From positions 3,907-67,906 of the forward strand of contig CACHCK010000002.1 in NCBI GenBank assembly GCA_902578305.1: a stretch of 64,000 nt of DNA, in the 5' to 3' direction. Below are positions 1 to 8,279 of the stretch, in pieces (position 1 is the first letter of the stretch; each line of letters begins with the position of its first letter). A program made the translations under genes and the position numbers. The stretch comes from an uncultured Pelagibacteraceae bacterium. Lineage in GTDB: Bacteria > Pseudomonadota > Alphaproteobacteria > Pelagibacterales > AG-422-B15. A model generated the notes under the pieces. It was given only the letters and a program-made list of their open reading frames with translations. It had not been told where the DNA came from and made no database searches.

Positions 1-964
1 CACTCGTATTTTGTATTCGATTGTCTGAATTTGATTGGTTTGTTATCAAATTATTAATTATATATTTACCAGTATCTCTAATTAAGATAACGACTCCTCT
101 ATTTTCCTTTTGAATGATCTTAATAGCTTTGTGTAATGAAGCATCATCACTCCCATAATTGCCAAATAAGTTATCAAAGTAGTCTGTAACATGTACTCTG
201 ACCATAATTGGATTTCCATCACTTACATCTCCTTTTGTTAGCACAATTTGCTCGGTACCATCATAGAGTGACTGATATATTTTGATATTAAATTTACCAC
301 CTGAGTCTAAATTTATTTCTGAGTCATAAGATTTTTTGATAAACTTATCTTTATTTCTTCTATGAGAAATTAAATCCACTATCCTTCCTATTTTGATGCT
401 ATGTTTTTTTGAAAATTCAATAAGGTCAGGAATTCTTGCCATAGTGCCGTCATCATTCATTATTTCGCAAATAACTCCTGCTGGCGTATACCCACTAAGC
501 CTAGCTAAATCAACTGATGCTTCTGTGTGACCAGCTCTCATTAATACACCTCCGTCTCTCGCAACTAATGGAAATACATGTCCAGGGCTCATAATGTCTT
601 TTTTTGATTTATTTTGATCAATTGCAGTTTGGATTGTTACAGCTCGGTCTTGTGCAGAAATACCCGTTGTAACACCCTCTTTTGCCTCTATGGATATTGT
701 AAATGCAGTAGTGTCGCGTGAGTCATTATTTTGTGACATCAAAGGTAAATCAAGTTCCTTTACTCTATCCTCTGTTAGCGATAAACAAATCAAACCCCTG
801 CCATGAGTTGCCATAAAGTTTATTGCTTTATCGTCAACTTTCGCCGCAGGAATAATCAGATCTCCTTCATTTTCACGATCTTCATCATCGACCATAATTA
901 CCATTTTACCAAGTTTTTGGTCTTCAATTATTTCTTCAATAGATGATAAAAATTCATTATTCAT
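1..964 (-). CDS. ribBA: 3,4-dihydroxy-2-butanone-4-phosphate synthase (RibB) fused to a RibA-like C-terminal domain; the C-terminus runs off the window edge
   Basis: Not in the ORF track because it is open to the window edge. Hand translation from the ATG at 962-964 gives MNNEFLSSIEEIIEDQKLGKMVIMVDDEDRENEGDLIIPAAKVDDKAINFMATHGRGLICL...SPGHVFPLVARDGGVLMRAGHTEASVDLARLSG, which carries DHBP synthase signatures. It continues ...IMVRVHVTDYFDNLFGNYGSDDASLHKAIKIIQKENRGVVILIRD, which is RibA-like. The frame has no stop down to nt 1. The gene lies directly downstream of ribD-ribE. Confidence 0.9.
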   Translation of the reverse strand, partial: MNNEFLSSIEEIIEDQKLGKMVIMVDDEDRENEGDLIIPAAKVDDKAINFMATHGRGLICLSLTEDRVKELDLPLMSQNNDSRDTTAFTISIEAKEGVTTGISAQDRAVTIQTAIDQNKSKKDIMSPGHVFPLVARDGGVLMRAGHTEASVDLARLSGYTPAGVICEIMNDDGTMARIPDLIEFSKKHSIKIGRIVDLISHRRNKDKFIKKSYDSEINLDSGGKFNIKIYQSLYDGTEQIVLTKGDVSDGNPIMVRVHVTDYFDNLFGNYGSDDASLHKAIKIIQKENRGVVILIRDTGKYIINNLITNQSNSDNRIQNTS

Positions 965-976
965 AAGCAATATAGG

Positions 977-1567
977 TCAACGGTTTTGTGTAACATATCT
1001 TGCAAGCATATCTACTTCAAGATTTATTCTATCGCCTACTTTTAATTTATTAAGATTAGTTTTTTTCCATGTGTATGGAATTATATTAAGACAAATTTCA
1101 CCTTTTTTAAAATTATTGATAGTAAGAGAAATACCATTGATGGCAATAGACCCTTTTTTTGCAATAAACTTACTTAATTTTTTAGAAATTTTGAATTTTA
1201 ACTCATAAGAGCCGCCAGTTTTTATTGATGATACTAATGAAGCAGTATCATCTACATGTCCAAAAACGAAATGCCCACTAATTTCATCTCCAACTCTAAG
1301 AGATTTCTCAATATTTACTAGATCGCCTATTTTTACATGATTAAAGTTTGTGCAATTTACTGTCTCTTTTGAAACATCAAAACTAAGTCTTGTTTTTTTA
1401 GATAGTTTTTTTTTAGATGTAACAGTTAAACATACTCCATTACAGCAAACTGAGCTTCCTTTTTTTACATCTTTAAAGTTAAGATCAGTATCAAGTACAA
1501 GCCGATAGTCTCTAAGTTTTTTATACTCTTTAACAGTTCCTATATTTTCTATTATTCCCGAAAACAT
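977..1567 (-). CDS. ribE: riboflavin synthase (alpha chain)
   Basis: 196-aa ORF. The N-terminus MFSGIIENIGTV and the second-half repeat GHFVFGHVD are typical of the two lumazine-binding repeats. It lies between ribD and ribB. Confidence 0.93.
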   Translation of the reverse strand: MFSGIIENIGTVKEYKKLRDYRLVLDTDLNFKDVKKGSSVCCNGVCLTVTSKKKLSKKTRLSFDVSKETVNCTNFNHVKIGDLVNIEKSLRVGDEISGHFVFGHVDDTASLVSSIKTGGSYELKFKISKKLSKFIAKKGSIAINGISLTINNFKKGEICLNIIPYTWKKTNLNKLKVGDRINLEVDMLARYVTQNR

Positions 1568-1570
1568 GAA

Positions 1571-2656
1571 TTATTTCTTCCTGTAAATTGATAATTGGTC
1601 ATTATCAATTAATTTAACACTAATTAACTTAAATTTTTTTAAATTTTCAATACTATCAATATCTAAATTTGAAATTGCATTAATACCTTTATTTCCCATT
1701 ATTTTGCTCGCCCTAAACCAAGCTATTTCGTCAATTAGGTTTTCATTCAATAAAGAAGCTGATAATTTTGAGCCTCCTTCAACCAGCACTCTCATATACC
1801 CTAAATCAGATATTTTTCTAATGACAGTATTGACATCTAAAACGTTATTTACTTCTTTAATTTTTATATACTTTATATTTTTTGAATTTAAAATTTTTTT
1901 CTTCATTTTATCAGAATGAAAAATATATATTTTACGATTTTTACTACTAAATATTTTTAAATTACGCTTTAAATTTAGCCTTCTATCTAAAACGAATATA
2001 TCAGGAGATCTTCCACTTAATCCATCAAGCCTGCAATCTAATATAGGATTATCTTTTCTTATCGTTCCAGTACCTACAATCAAACATTCGTTCAATGATC
2101 TTAATTTATGGCCAAACATTCGTGAAGTTGAATTAGTGATCCATTTACTTTCGTATAAATTTGTTGCAATCTTACCATCAGCTGTAGATGCAATTTTAAG
2201 TGTTATAAATGGCTTACGATCTTTTATTGAATTAAAAAAAATATTATTTAATTCTTTTACTTTATCTCCAAAATTTTTAACAACAACATTAATACCAGCT
2301 GATCTTAACTTTTTTACTGAATTATTATTAACTAGAGGATTTTTATCAATCTGAGAGATGATCACTTTTGCAAATTTGAGTTCTATAATTTTATCAACAC
2401 AAGGAGGAGTTTTACCTTCATGCGAACATGGTTCTAGAGTGCAATACAAATGAGCACCTTTTATATCTTTTTTATTTTTGATTTGGTTTATTGCATGAAT
2501 TTCGGCGTGAGGTACACCTTTAGGTTGTGTCCAACCTCTTGACAAAATTCTACCGTCGTTAACTATTACTGCCCCTACCGGAGGGTTTGGATACGTTGTG
2601 CCAATGGCCCTAAGTGCCATTCTTTCAGCGATACTAAGGTAATTTTTTTCACTCAA
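1571..2656 (-). CDS. ribD: bifunctional diaminohydroxyphosphoribosylaminopyrimidine deaminase / 5-amino-6-(5-phosphoribosylamino)uracil reductase
   Basis: 361 aa. The N-terminal half has the deaminase zinc motif HAEIHAI...CTLEPCSHEGKTPPC; the C-terminal half is reductase-like. There is a 3-nt gap to ribE. Confidence 0.95.
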   Translation of the reverse strand: MSEKNYLSIAERMALRAIGTTYPNPPVGAVIVNDGRILSRGWTQPKGVPHAEIHAINQIKNKKDIKGAHLYCTLEPCSHEGKTPPCVDKIIELKFAKVIISQIDKNPLVNNNSVKKLRSAGINVVVKNFGDKVKELNNIFFNSIKDRKPFITLKIASTADGKIATNLYESKWITNSTSRMFGHKLRSLNECLIVGTGTIRKDNPILDCRLDGLSGRSPDIFVLDRRLNLKRNLKIFSSKNRKIYIFHSDKMKKKILNSKNIKYIKIKEVNNVLDVNTVIRKISDLGYMRVLVEGGSKLSASLLNENLIDEIAWFRASKIMGNKGINAISNLDIDSIENLKKFKLISVKLIDNDQLSIYRKK

Positions 2657-2664
2657 ATGCTAAC

Positions 2665-3123
2665 CTAATCTTCAGTTGAAGAAATTACACCTAAAAACTC
2701 TTCAAAATCTTTTGCCTCACGAAAATTTTTATAGACTGATGCAAAACGAACATATGCAACAGAGTCAATGCTCTGCAATCCTTCCATAACAATTTCACCT
2801 ATCACGTCTGATGAAACCTCTGTTTCACCCAGACTCTCAACTCTTCTGACTATACCACTGATCATTCTATCAACTCTTTCATTGTCAACTGGTCTTTTTC
2901 TTAGAGCTATTTGCACTGATCTTTCTAGTTTATCACGATCAAATGGGACTTTCTTTCCTGATTTTTTAAGAACAGTCAGTTCCCTCAATTGTATACGTTC
3001 AAATGTTGTAAAGCGTGCACCACATGCAGAGCAAAACCTTCTTCTTCTTATAGCAGAATTGTCCTCCGTAGCTCGAGAGTCCTTGACTTGGGTATCATTA
3101 TTTCCACAAAATGGACACTTCAT
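2665..3123 (-). CDS. nrdR: transcriptional repressor NrdR
   Basis: 152 aa. [17 protein letters not shown]...[13 protein letters not shown] forms a zinc ribbon, followed by an ATP-cone. The nrdR-ribD adjacency is widely conserved. Confidence 0.96.
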   Translation of the reverse strand: MKCPFCGNNDTQVKDSRATEDNSAIRRRRFCSACGARFTTFERIQLRELTVLKKSGKKVPFDRDKLERSVQIALRKRPVDNERVDRMISGIVRRVESLGETEVSSDVIGEIVMEGLQSIDSVAYVRFASVYKNFREAKDFEEFLGVISSTED

Positions 3124-3131
3124 ATTGTCAC

Positions 3132-4394
3132 CTAATTATAAATTGGAAATTGATTACAGAGATTTATCACTTTCTCTTTTACTATTTTTTCAACTTTACT
3201 ATTATCGTTTGGATTTTGTTTTAATCCTGATAATGTTTCAAGGATTAAATTTCCAACAGTTTCAAATTCCTTTTCTTTAAAACCTCTTGTTGTAGCAGCA
3301 GGAGTCCCCAATCTGATTCCAGAAGTTATTTTTGGGGGTTTCGGGTCCTTTGGTATTCCGTTTTTATTACATGTAATGTGAGCTTCCTCAAGACTTGTTG
3401 AAGCTGCATCGCCTGTCAGGTCCATTGGGGTTAAATCAACTAATATTAGATGCGTGTCTGTACCTCCAGAAACAATTTTGAGACCACCATCTACTAGTGT
3501 TTGACTAAGAGTTTGAGCATTTTTAATAACTTGTTTTATATATTCTTTAAATTCTGGTTTTAGAGCTTCACCAAAGGCAACAGCTTTACCTGCTATTACA
3601 TGCATTAGAGGTCCTCCTTGATACCCTGGGAATACAGCTGAATTAAATTTTTTACCTAAGTCTTTATTATTAGAGAGTATCATGCCACCTCTAGCGCCTC
3701 TTATAGTTTTGTGAGTTGTCGAAGTAACAACATCTGCAAATTCTATAGGATTAGGGTACTCTTCTGCTGCAACTAATCCTGAAAAGTGAGCCATATCCAC
3801 ATGCAGATATGCTCCTACCAAGTCACAAATTTCACGAAATCTTTTGAAGTCTATAATTCTCGAGTAAGCGCTTCCTCCTGCAATTATTATTTTAGGTTTA
3901 TGTTCTTTTGCAAGCGACTCAACTTCATCATAATTAATCAATCCTTCGTCATCTAAACCATACTGAACTGCATTGAACCATTTTCCTGACATGGATGGTG
4001 CTGACCCATGAGTTAAATGTCCACCAGCATCCAAGCTCATACCTAAAATTGTGTCTCCTGGTTTTATTAGAGCCAACATAACCGCGCCATTAGCCTGAGC
4101 TCCTGAATGAGGCTGCACATTTGCATATTCGCATTTATAGAGTTTTTTTAGTCTCTGAATTGCAAGGTCCTCAGCAATATCAACAAATTCACAGCCTCCA
4201 TAATAACGGGCAGCCGTATATCCTTCTGCATATTTATTTGTTAATACAGACCCTTGAGCTTCTAATACGGCTTTTGAAACTATATTTTCTGATGCAATTA
4301 ACTCAATCTGATTTTGTTGTCTTGAAAGTTCTTTGTTTATTGCTTCATGAATTTCGTTATCGATTTCTTGAAGTGGAGATGAAAAAAAAGTCAT
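3132..4394 (-). CDS. glyA: serine hydroxymethyltransferase
   Basis: 420 aa. It has the PLP-lysine region [16 protein letters not shown] and the SHMT N-terminal ELIASEN motif. Confidence 0.97.
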   Translation of the reverse strand: MTFFSSPLQEIDNEIHEAINKELSRQQNQIELIASENIVSKAVLEAQGSVLTNKYAEGYTAARYYGGCEFVDIAEDLAIQRLKKLYKCEYANVQPHSGAQANGAVMLALIKPGDTILGMSLDAGGHLTHGSAPSMSGKWFNAVQYGLDDEGLINYDEVESLAKEHKPKIIIAGGSAYSRIIDFKRFREICDLVGAYLHVDMAHFSGLVAAEEYPNPIEFADVVTSTTHKTIRGARGGMILSNNKDLGKKFNSAVFPGYQGGPLMHVIAGKAVAFGEALKPEFKEYIKQVIKNAQTLSQTLVDGGLKIVSGGTDTHLILVDLTPMDLTGDAASTSLEEAHITCNKNGIPKDPKPPKITSGIRLGTPAATTRGFKEKEFETVGNLILETLSGLKQNPNDNSKVEKIVKEKVINLCNQFPIYN

Positions 4395-4398
4395 ATAA

Positions 4399-4836
4399 TT
4401 ATCCTATTTTATTTATTCTAACAGCGTGTCGGCTGCCTTCAAAGTCCGTATTTAAGAATGTTTCAACTAGACTTAAGGCTGTAGCTTCATCTATAACACG
4501 GGCGCCTAAAGTCAAAATATTTGCATCATTATGTTCCCTAGCTAATTTTGTAACCTCACTGCTATAACAAAGAGCAGCTCTAATCCCTGGTTTTTTATTT
4601 GCTGCCATTGCCATCCCTTGGCCAGTTCCACAAACTAATACGCCCTTATGAGCTTTTTCATTTAAAATATCATTTGTAACTTTTGAAGCGTAGTCAGGAT
4701 AATCTACTGGATCTTTTTTATCTGGTCCTCTATCAATAACATCAACTCCACAATCTAAAAGGCGTTTAATTATTTGATCTTTTAAATCAAAACCTGCGTG
4801 GTCTGAAGCAATAGATACTTTAGTTTGTTCACTCAT
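4399..4836 (-). CDS. rpiB: ribose-5-phosphate isomerase B
   Basis: 145 aa of the RpiB/LacAB family, with IASDHAGF and [16 protein letters not shown]. Confidence 0.92.
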   Translation of the reverse strand: MSEQTKVSIASDHAGFDLKDQIIKRLLDCGVDVIDRGPDKKDPVDYPDYASKVTNDILNEKAHKGVLVCGTGQGMAMAANKKPGIRAALCYSSEVTKLAREHNDANILTLGARVIDEATALSLVETFLNTDFEGSRHAVRINKIG

Positions 4837-4891
4837 ATAGGATATTATTAAACTAATTATACTAAATCTTGTATATAAAAAAATACAATAA

Positions 4892-5641
4892 TTAATTCCA
4901 AAGAGACTTTTTTTGTAAGACTTTTTTTAAAGTTGTCGGTTTATCTGTCATTATACCGTCAACATTTATATTTATTAGATCTATCATCTGTTTTTCATCA
5001 TTAATTGTCCAGACATGTATTTTTTTTCCAAGACTATGAACATGCTCGACTAGATCACTAGTAACAATTCTAAAGCCCATATATGTCATAGGTATTTGAA
5101 GACATGGAATACTATTATTATAGATAGAAAAAAATCTATTAAGAAAAAATAATATGGTCTCACTCTTAGTCATGGATGAACATAGATTATCTTTAAACTC
5201 ATTTCTCAAAATATCTATCTTAGTATTACTAAATGAACCAATACATATCCTGTCAATATTTTTCATAGATTTTAATTTATCTTTCAATAAGTATGCAGAC
5301 TCTAAACTTTTGGGTTCAATATTAAAATTAATCTCTGGCCAAGAAGATAAGACCTCGTCAAGTAATGGGATTGTATGTGTATCAAAAATTTTTATATCTT
5401 TTAACTCTTCATAATTTAAATTTTCTATTTTTGCATCTAGGCCACGTATTCTTTTTAAATCTGGATCATGAAATATTATTAACTTATTATCTTTTGTTTG
5501 CCTCACATCTGTTTCGATGTGTCGATATCCTAAATTAATTGATTTATTGAATGCATCTAAAGTATTTTCACAAAAATCATAGGAACCGCCACGATGTGCA
5601 AATGGAATAAAATTATAATTGTCTAAAAATTTAAAAGACAT
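4892..5641 (-). CDS. glycerophosphodiester phosphodiesterase family protein (cytoplasmic, UgpQ-like)
   Basis: 249 aa. GDPD motifs are present: FAHRGGS, ENTLDAF, HIETDV and LIIFHD. No signal peptide is evident. Confidence 0.85.
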   Translation of the reverse strand: MSFKFLDNYNFIPFAHRGGSYDFCENTLDAFNKSINLGYRHIETDVRQTKDNKLIIFHDPDLKRIRGLDAKIENLNYEELKDIKIFDTHTIPLLDEVLSSWPEINFNIEPKSLESAYLLKDKLKSMKNIDRICIGSFSNTKIDILRNEFKDNLCSSMTKSETILFFLNRFFSIYNNSIPCLQIPMTYMGFRIVTSDLVEHVHSLGKKIHVWTINDEKQMIDLININVDGIMTDKPTTLKKVLQKKSLWN

Positions 5642-5655
5642 ATATATACTGAATT

Positions 5656-6423
5656 ATGTTACTTAATTTTATAACTATATTAGGCTTCAATTTTATCGTC
5701 ATTACTATTTTGTGGATATCATCCCTTAAAACTAGAAGAGCGGATTTTATTGATATTTACTGGGGTCCTAGTTTCTTTTTTTCATTTCTGTTGGCTCTGG
5801 TAATAAATAATTCATTTTCTGTTACTGAAATAATATGCTTATTTCTAATAACAATATGGGGTTTTAGACTTGGTATCTATCTTTTAATTAGAAATGTTAA
5901 TAAGACTGAGGATATTAGATATGTTAAAATTAGAGAAGCTAGAGGAGATATTGGTCTTTATTTAACTGCTTACTTAATCCAAATAATTTTAATTCCAATT
6001 ATATCATTGCCCCTGATCAGCATTTTAGATACTAGTATTGATCTAAGTTTTGTCCATTGGGCAGGTATATTGATAGCACTTTCAGGAATTCTTATTGAAA
6101 CGATAGCTGATATACAATTATCCAAATTTAAATTAGATCAAAATAATATTAATAAAGTTATGGATAAAGGGCTTTGGTATTACTCAAGACACCCTAATTA
6201 TTTCGGGGATAGTCTATTTTGGTGGGGTATTACAATTTACTGTTTTGCATTATCAAACAATTTATTAATTTTTATTGCTCCAATAATAATGACTTACTTA
6301 TTACTTAGAGTTTCTGGTGTGACTATGTTAGAAAATAGATTATCAAAAAAGAAGGATGGTTATACTGATTATATAAATTCTACTAGCTCTTTTATAATAT
6401 TGCCAAAGAAAAAATCTAAATGA
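5656..6423 (+). CDS. DUF1295 / steroid-5-alpha-reductase-like integral membrane protein
   Basis: 255 aa with multiple hydrophobic segments and the C-terminal family motif YSRHPNYFGDSLFWWG. Its stop overlaps the hemB start (ATGA). Confidence 0.8.
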   Translation: MLLNFITILGFNFIVITILWISSLKTRRADFIDIYWGPSFFFSFLLALVINNSFSVTEIICLFLITIWGFRLGIYLLIRNVNKTEDIRYVKIREARGDIGLYLTAYLIQIILIPIISLPLISILDTSIDLSFVHWAGILIALSGILIETIADIQLSKFKLDQNNINKVMDKGLWYYSRHPNYFGDSLFWWGITIYCFALSNNLLIFIAPIIMTYLLLRVSGVTMLENRLSKKKDGYTDYINSTSSFIILPKKKSK

Positions 6424-7427
6424 GTGTATCAGAACTTAAATATCCAAAAAATAGGTTGCGACGAACTCGTCAAGCTAAATGGATTAGAAACCTTACTCAA
6501 GAAAGTATGCTTAGTTCAAACGATTTAGTATGGCCAATTTTTGTATGTGAAGGAAACAATATCAAAGATGAAATTCAATCAATGCCTAATGTTTATAGGT
6601 ATTCGATAGACAATTTAAATGAGGTCTATGATATTGCTAGTGAGCATAAAATAAATCTTATAGCTGTATTTCCGTTCACGCCTCAGGAGCTAAAAACAAA
6701 ATATGGAGATGAAGCACTAAATCCAGATAATTTAGTTTGTAGGTCTCTTGAAAAGCTTAAAAGTCATAGGTCTGACTTTGGTATTATGTGCGATGTTGCA
6801 TTAGATCCATATACAGATCATGGCCATGATGGATTATTAAGCGATGAAGGTAAGATTCTAAACGACGAAACTAATGGTGTTTTAGTTAAACAATCTATCC
6901 TGCTTGCTGAACATGGTGCAGATATAATTGCCCCTTCAGATATGATGGATGGTAGGATTGGCATGATTAGAGAAGAGTTAGAAAAAAATAAATTTGTGGA
7001 TACTCTCATTTTGTCTTATGCAGCAAAATATTCATCAAGCATGTATGCGCCATTTAGAGATGCTGTTGGCTCATCCAAGAATTTAAAGACAGATAAAAAA
7101 ACTTACCAGATGAATATATTGAATTCTGATGAAGCAATCAGGGAGGCATCAATGGACATAGCTGAAGGGGCCGATATGATAATGGTAAAGCCTGGAATTA
7201 GCTATTTGGACATCATATACAGAATTAAGAATGAACTGAAGTATCCCACATTTGCCTACCAAGTTTCAGGTGAGTACTCACTCATTAAATTCGGATCACA
7301 ACAAGGTATAATTAATGAAGAAAATATGGTTATAGAACAATTGTCTTCATTCAAAAGAGCAGGAGCAGATGCAATAATTACTTATTATGCGCCTGAAGTT
7401 TCAAAATTTTTGAAACTAATTGATTAA
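6420..7427 (+). CDS. hemB: porphobilinogen synthase (delta-aminolevulinate dehydratase), Asp-rich metal-site type
   Basis: 335 aa of the ALAD family, with N-terminal RLRRTR and the metal-site segment CDVALDPYTDHGHDG. Confidence 0.95.
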   Translation: MSVSELKYPKNRLRRTRQAKWIRNLTQESMLSSNDLVWPIFVCEGNNIKDEIQSMPNVYRYSIDNLNEVYDIASEHKINLIAVFPFTPQELKTKYGDEALNPDNLVCRSLEKLKSHRSDFGIMCDVALDPYTDHGHDGLLSDEGKILNDETNGVLVKQSILLAEHGADIIAPSDMMDGRIGMIREELEKNKFVDTLILSYAAKYSSSMYAPFRDAVGSSKNLKTDKKTYQMNILNSDEAIREASMDIAEGADMIMVKPGISYLDIIYRIKNELKYPTFAYQVSGEYSLIKFGSQQGIINEENMVIEQLSSFKRAGADAIITYYAPEVSKFLKLID

Positions 7428-8279
7428 ACGTTTTATCAAACTTGATGTATCGAGTTTATTTCCGCCTAAATTTTGAATATCGCTATAGAATTTATCGACA
7501 ATTTTAGTCACCTCTAAATTAATACCATGTGTATCTGCTTCAGCAAATGCAATTGAAAGATCTTTTCTCATTAAATCAACTGCAAAACCAAAGTCGAACT
7601 CTCCCGCTACCATTGATTTAAAACGATTATCCATTTGCCATGATTGTGCGGCGCCTGATGAAATTACTTCCAATACATCGTCAGGATTTAAATCAGTCTG
7701 TTTCATAAAATAAATAGACTCTGACAAGCCTTGAACTAGACCTGCAATACAAATTTGATTAATTATTTTAGTTAGCTGGCCAGATCCTGAAGGACCCATA
7801 TATTTTATTTTTTTTCCGTATAATACTAATATTTCAATACTTCTTTTATATGCCTCTTCTGAACCTCCAATCATTATGCTTAATTGGCCTTTTTCCGCAC
7901 CCGCTTGTCCACCTGATATTGGGGCATCAAGGAAACTAACACCTATACTTTCTAAGTTTTTTTCTACTTCTCTTACAATTCTTGGTGATACAGTTGAATG
8001 ATCAATGAATATTGACTTTTCTCTAAGAGAGTTTATGCACCCTTTATCTATTGAGGTTATTTCTTTTAAATCTTCATCGTTGCCTACACATGAAATAATA
8101 AAATCATATTTTTGATTAGTTTCTGATAATTTATCAATAACTTTCCCTTTATAATTTTTGATCCAGTTATCACATTTACTTTTTGTACGATTATAAATAG
8201 AAACATTATGTTTTTTTGATAGGTAGCCAGCCATTGGAAAGCCCATTTTCCCAATACCTATAAAAAGAATGTTATACAT
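7416..8279 (-). CDS. NAD(P)-dependent beta-hydroxyacid dehydrogenase (3-hydroxyisobutyrate dehydrogenase family)
   Basis: 287 aa. It has the Rossmann fold FIGIGKMGFPMAGYL and the family C-terminal region FAVDLMRKDL. It overlaps the upstream oxidase gene by 8 nt. Confidence 0.85.
   Translation of the reverse strand: MYNILFIGIGKMGFPMAGYLSKKHNVSIYNRTKSKCDNWIKNYKGKVIDKLSETNQKYDFIISCVGNDEDLKEITSIDKGCINSLREKSIFIDHSTVSPRIVREVEKNLESIGVSFLDAPISGGQAGAEKGQLSIMIGGSEEAYKRSIEILVLYGKKIKYMGPSGSGQLTKIINQICIAGLVQGLSESIYFMKQTDLNPDDVLEVISSGAAQSWQMDNRFKSMVAGEFDFGFAVDLMRKDLSIAFAEADTHGINLEVTKIVDKFYSDIQNLGGNKLDTSSLIKRLIN

Noticed and set aside
2657-2664. I looked for an FMN riboswitch upstream of ribD.
   Set aside because: Only 8 nt separate nrdR and ribD, and there is no spacer upstream of nrdR either. 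There is no room for an approximately 140-nt aptamer.
2768-3280. A 170-aa plus-strand ORF antisense to nrdR and the 3' end of glyA.
   Set aside because: Its Ser/Leu/Ile-rich, low-complexity translation is typical of the reverse frame of a real gene. It spans a gene junction, has no recognisable motifs and has no upstream expression signals.
4856-4861. A perfect TATAAT on the minus strand in the 55-nt GDPD-rpiB spacer.
   Set aside because: No acceptable -35 lies 16-18 nt upstream; the best is ATTTTT, and TTGTAT sits at 21 nt. Isolated TATAAT hexamers are expected by chance in DNA this AT-rich.
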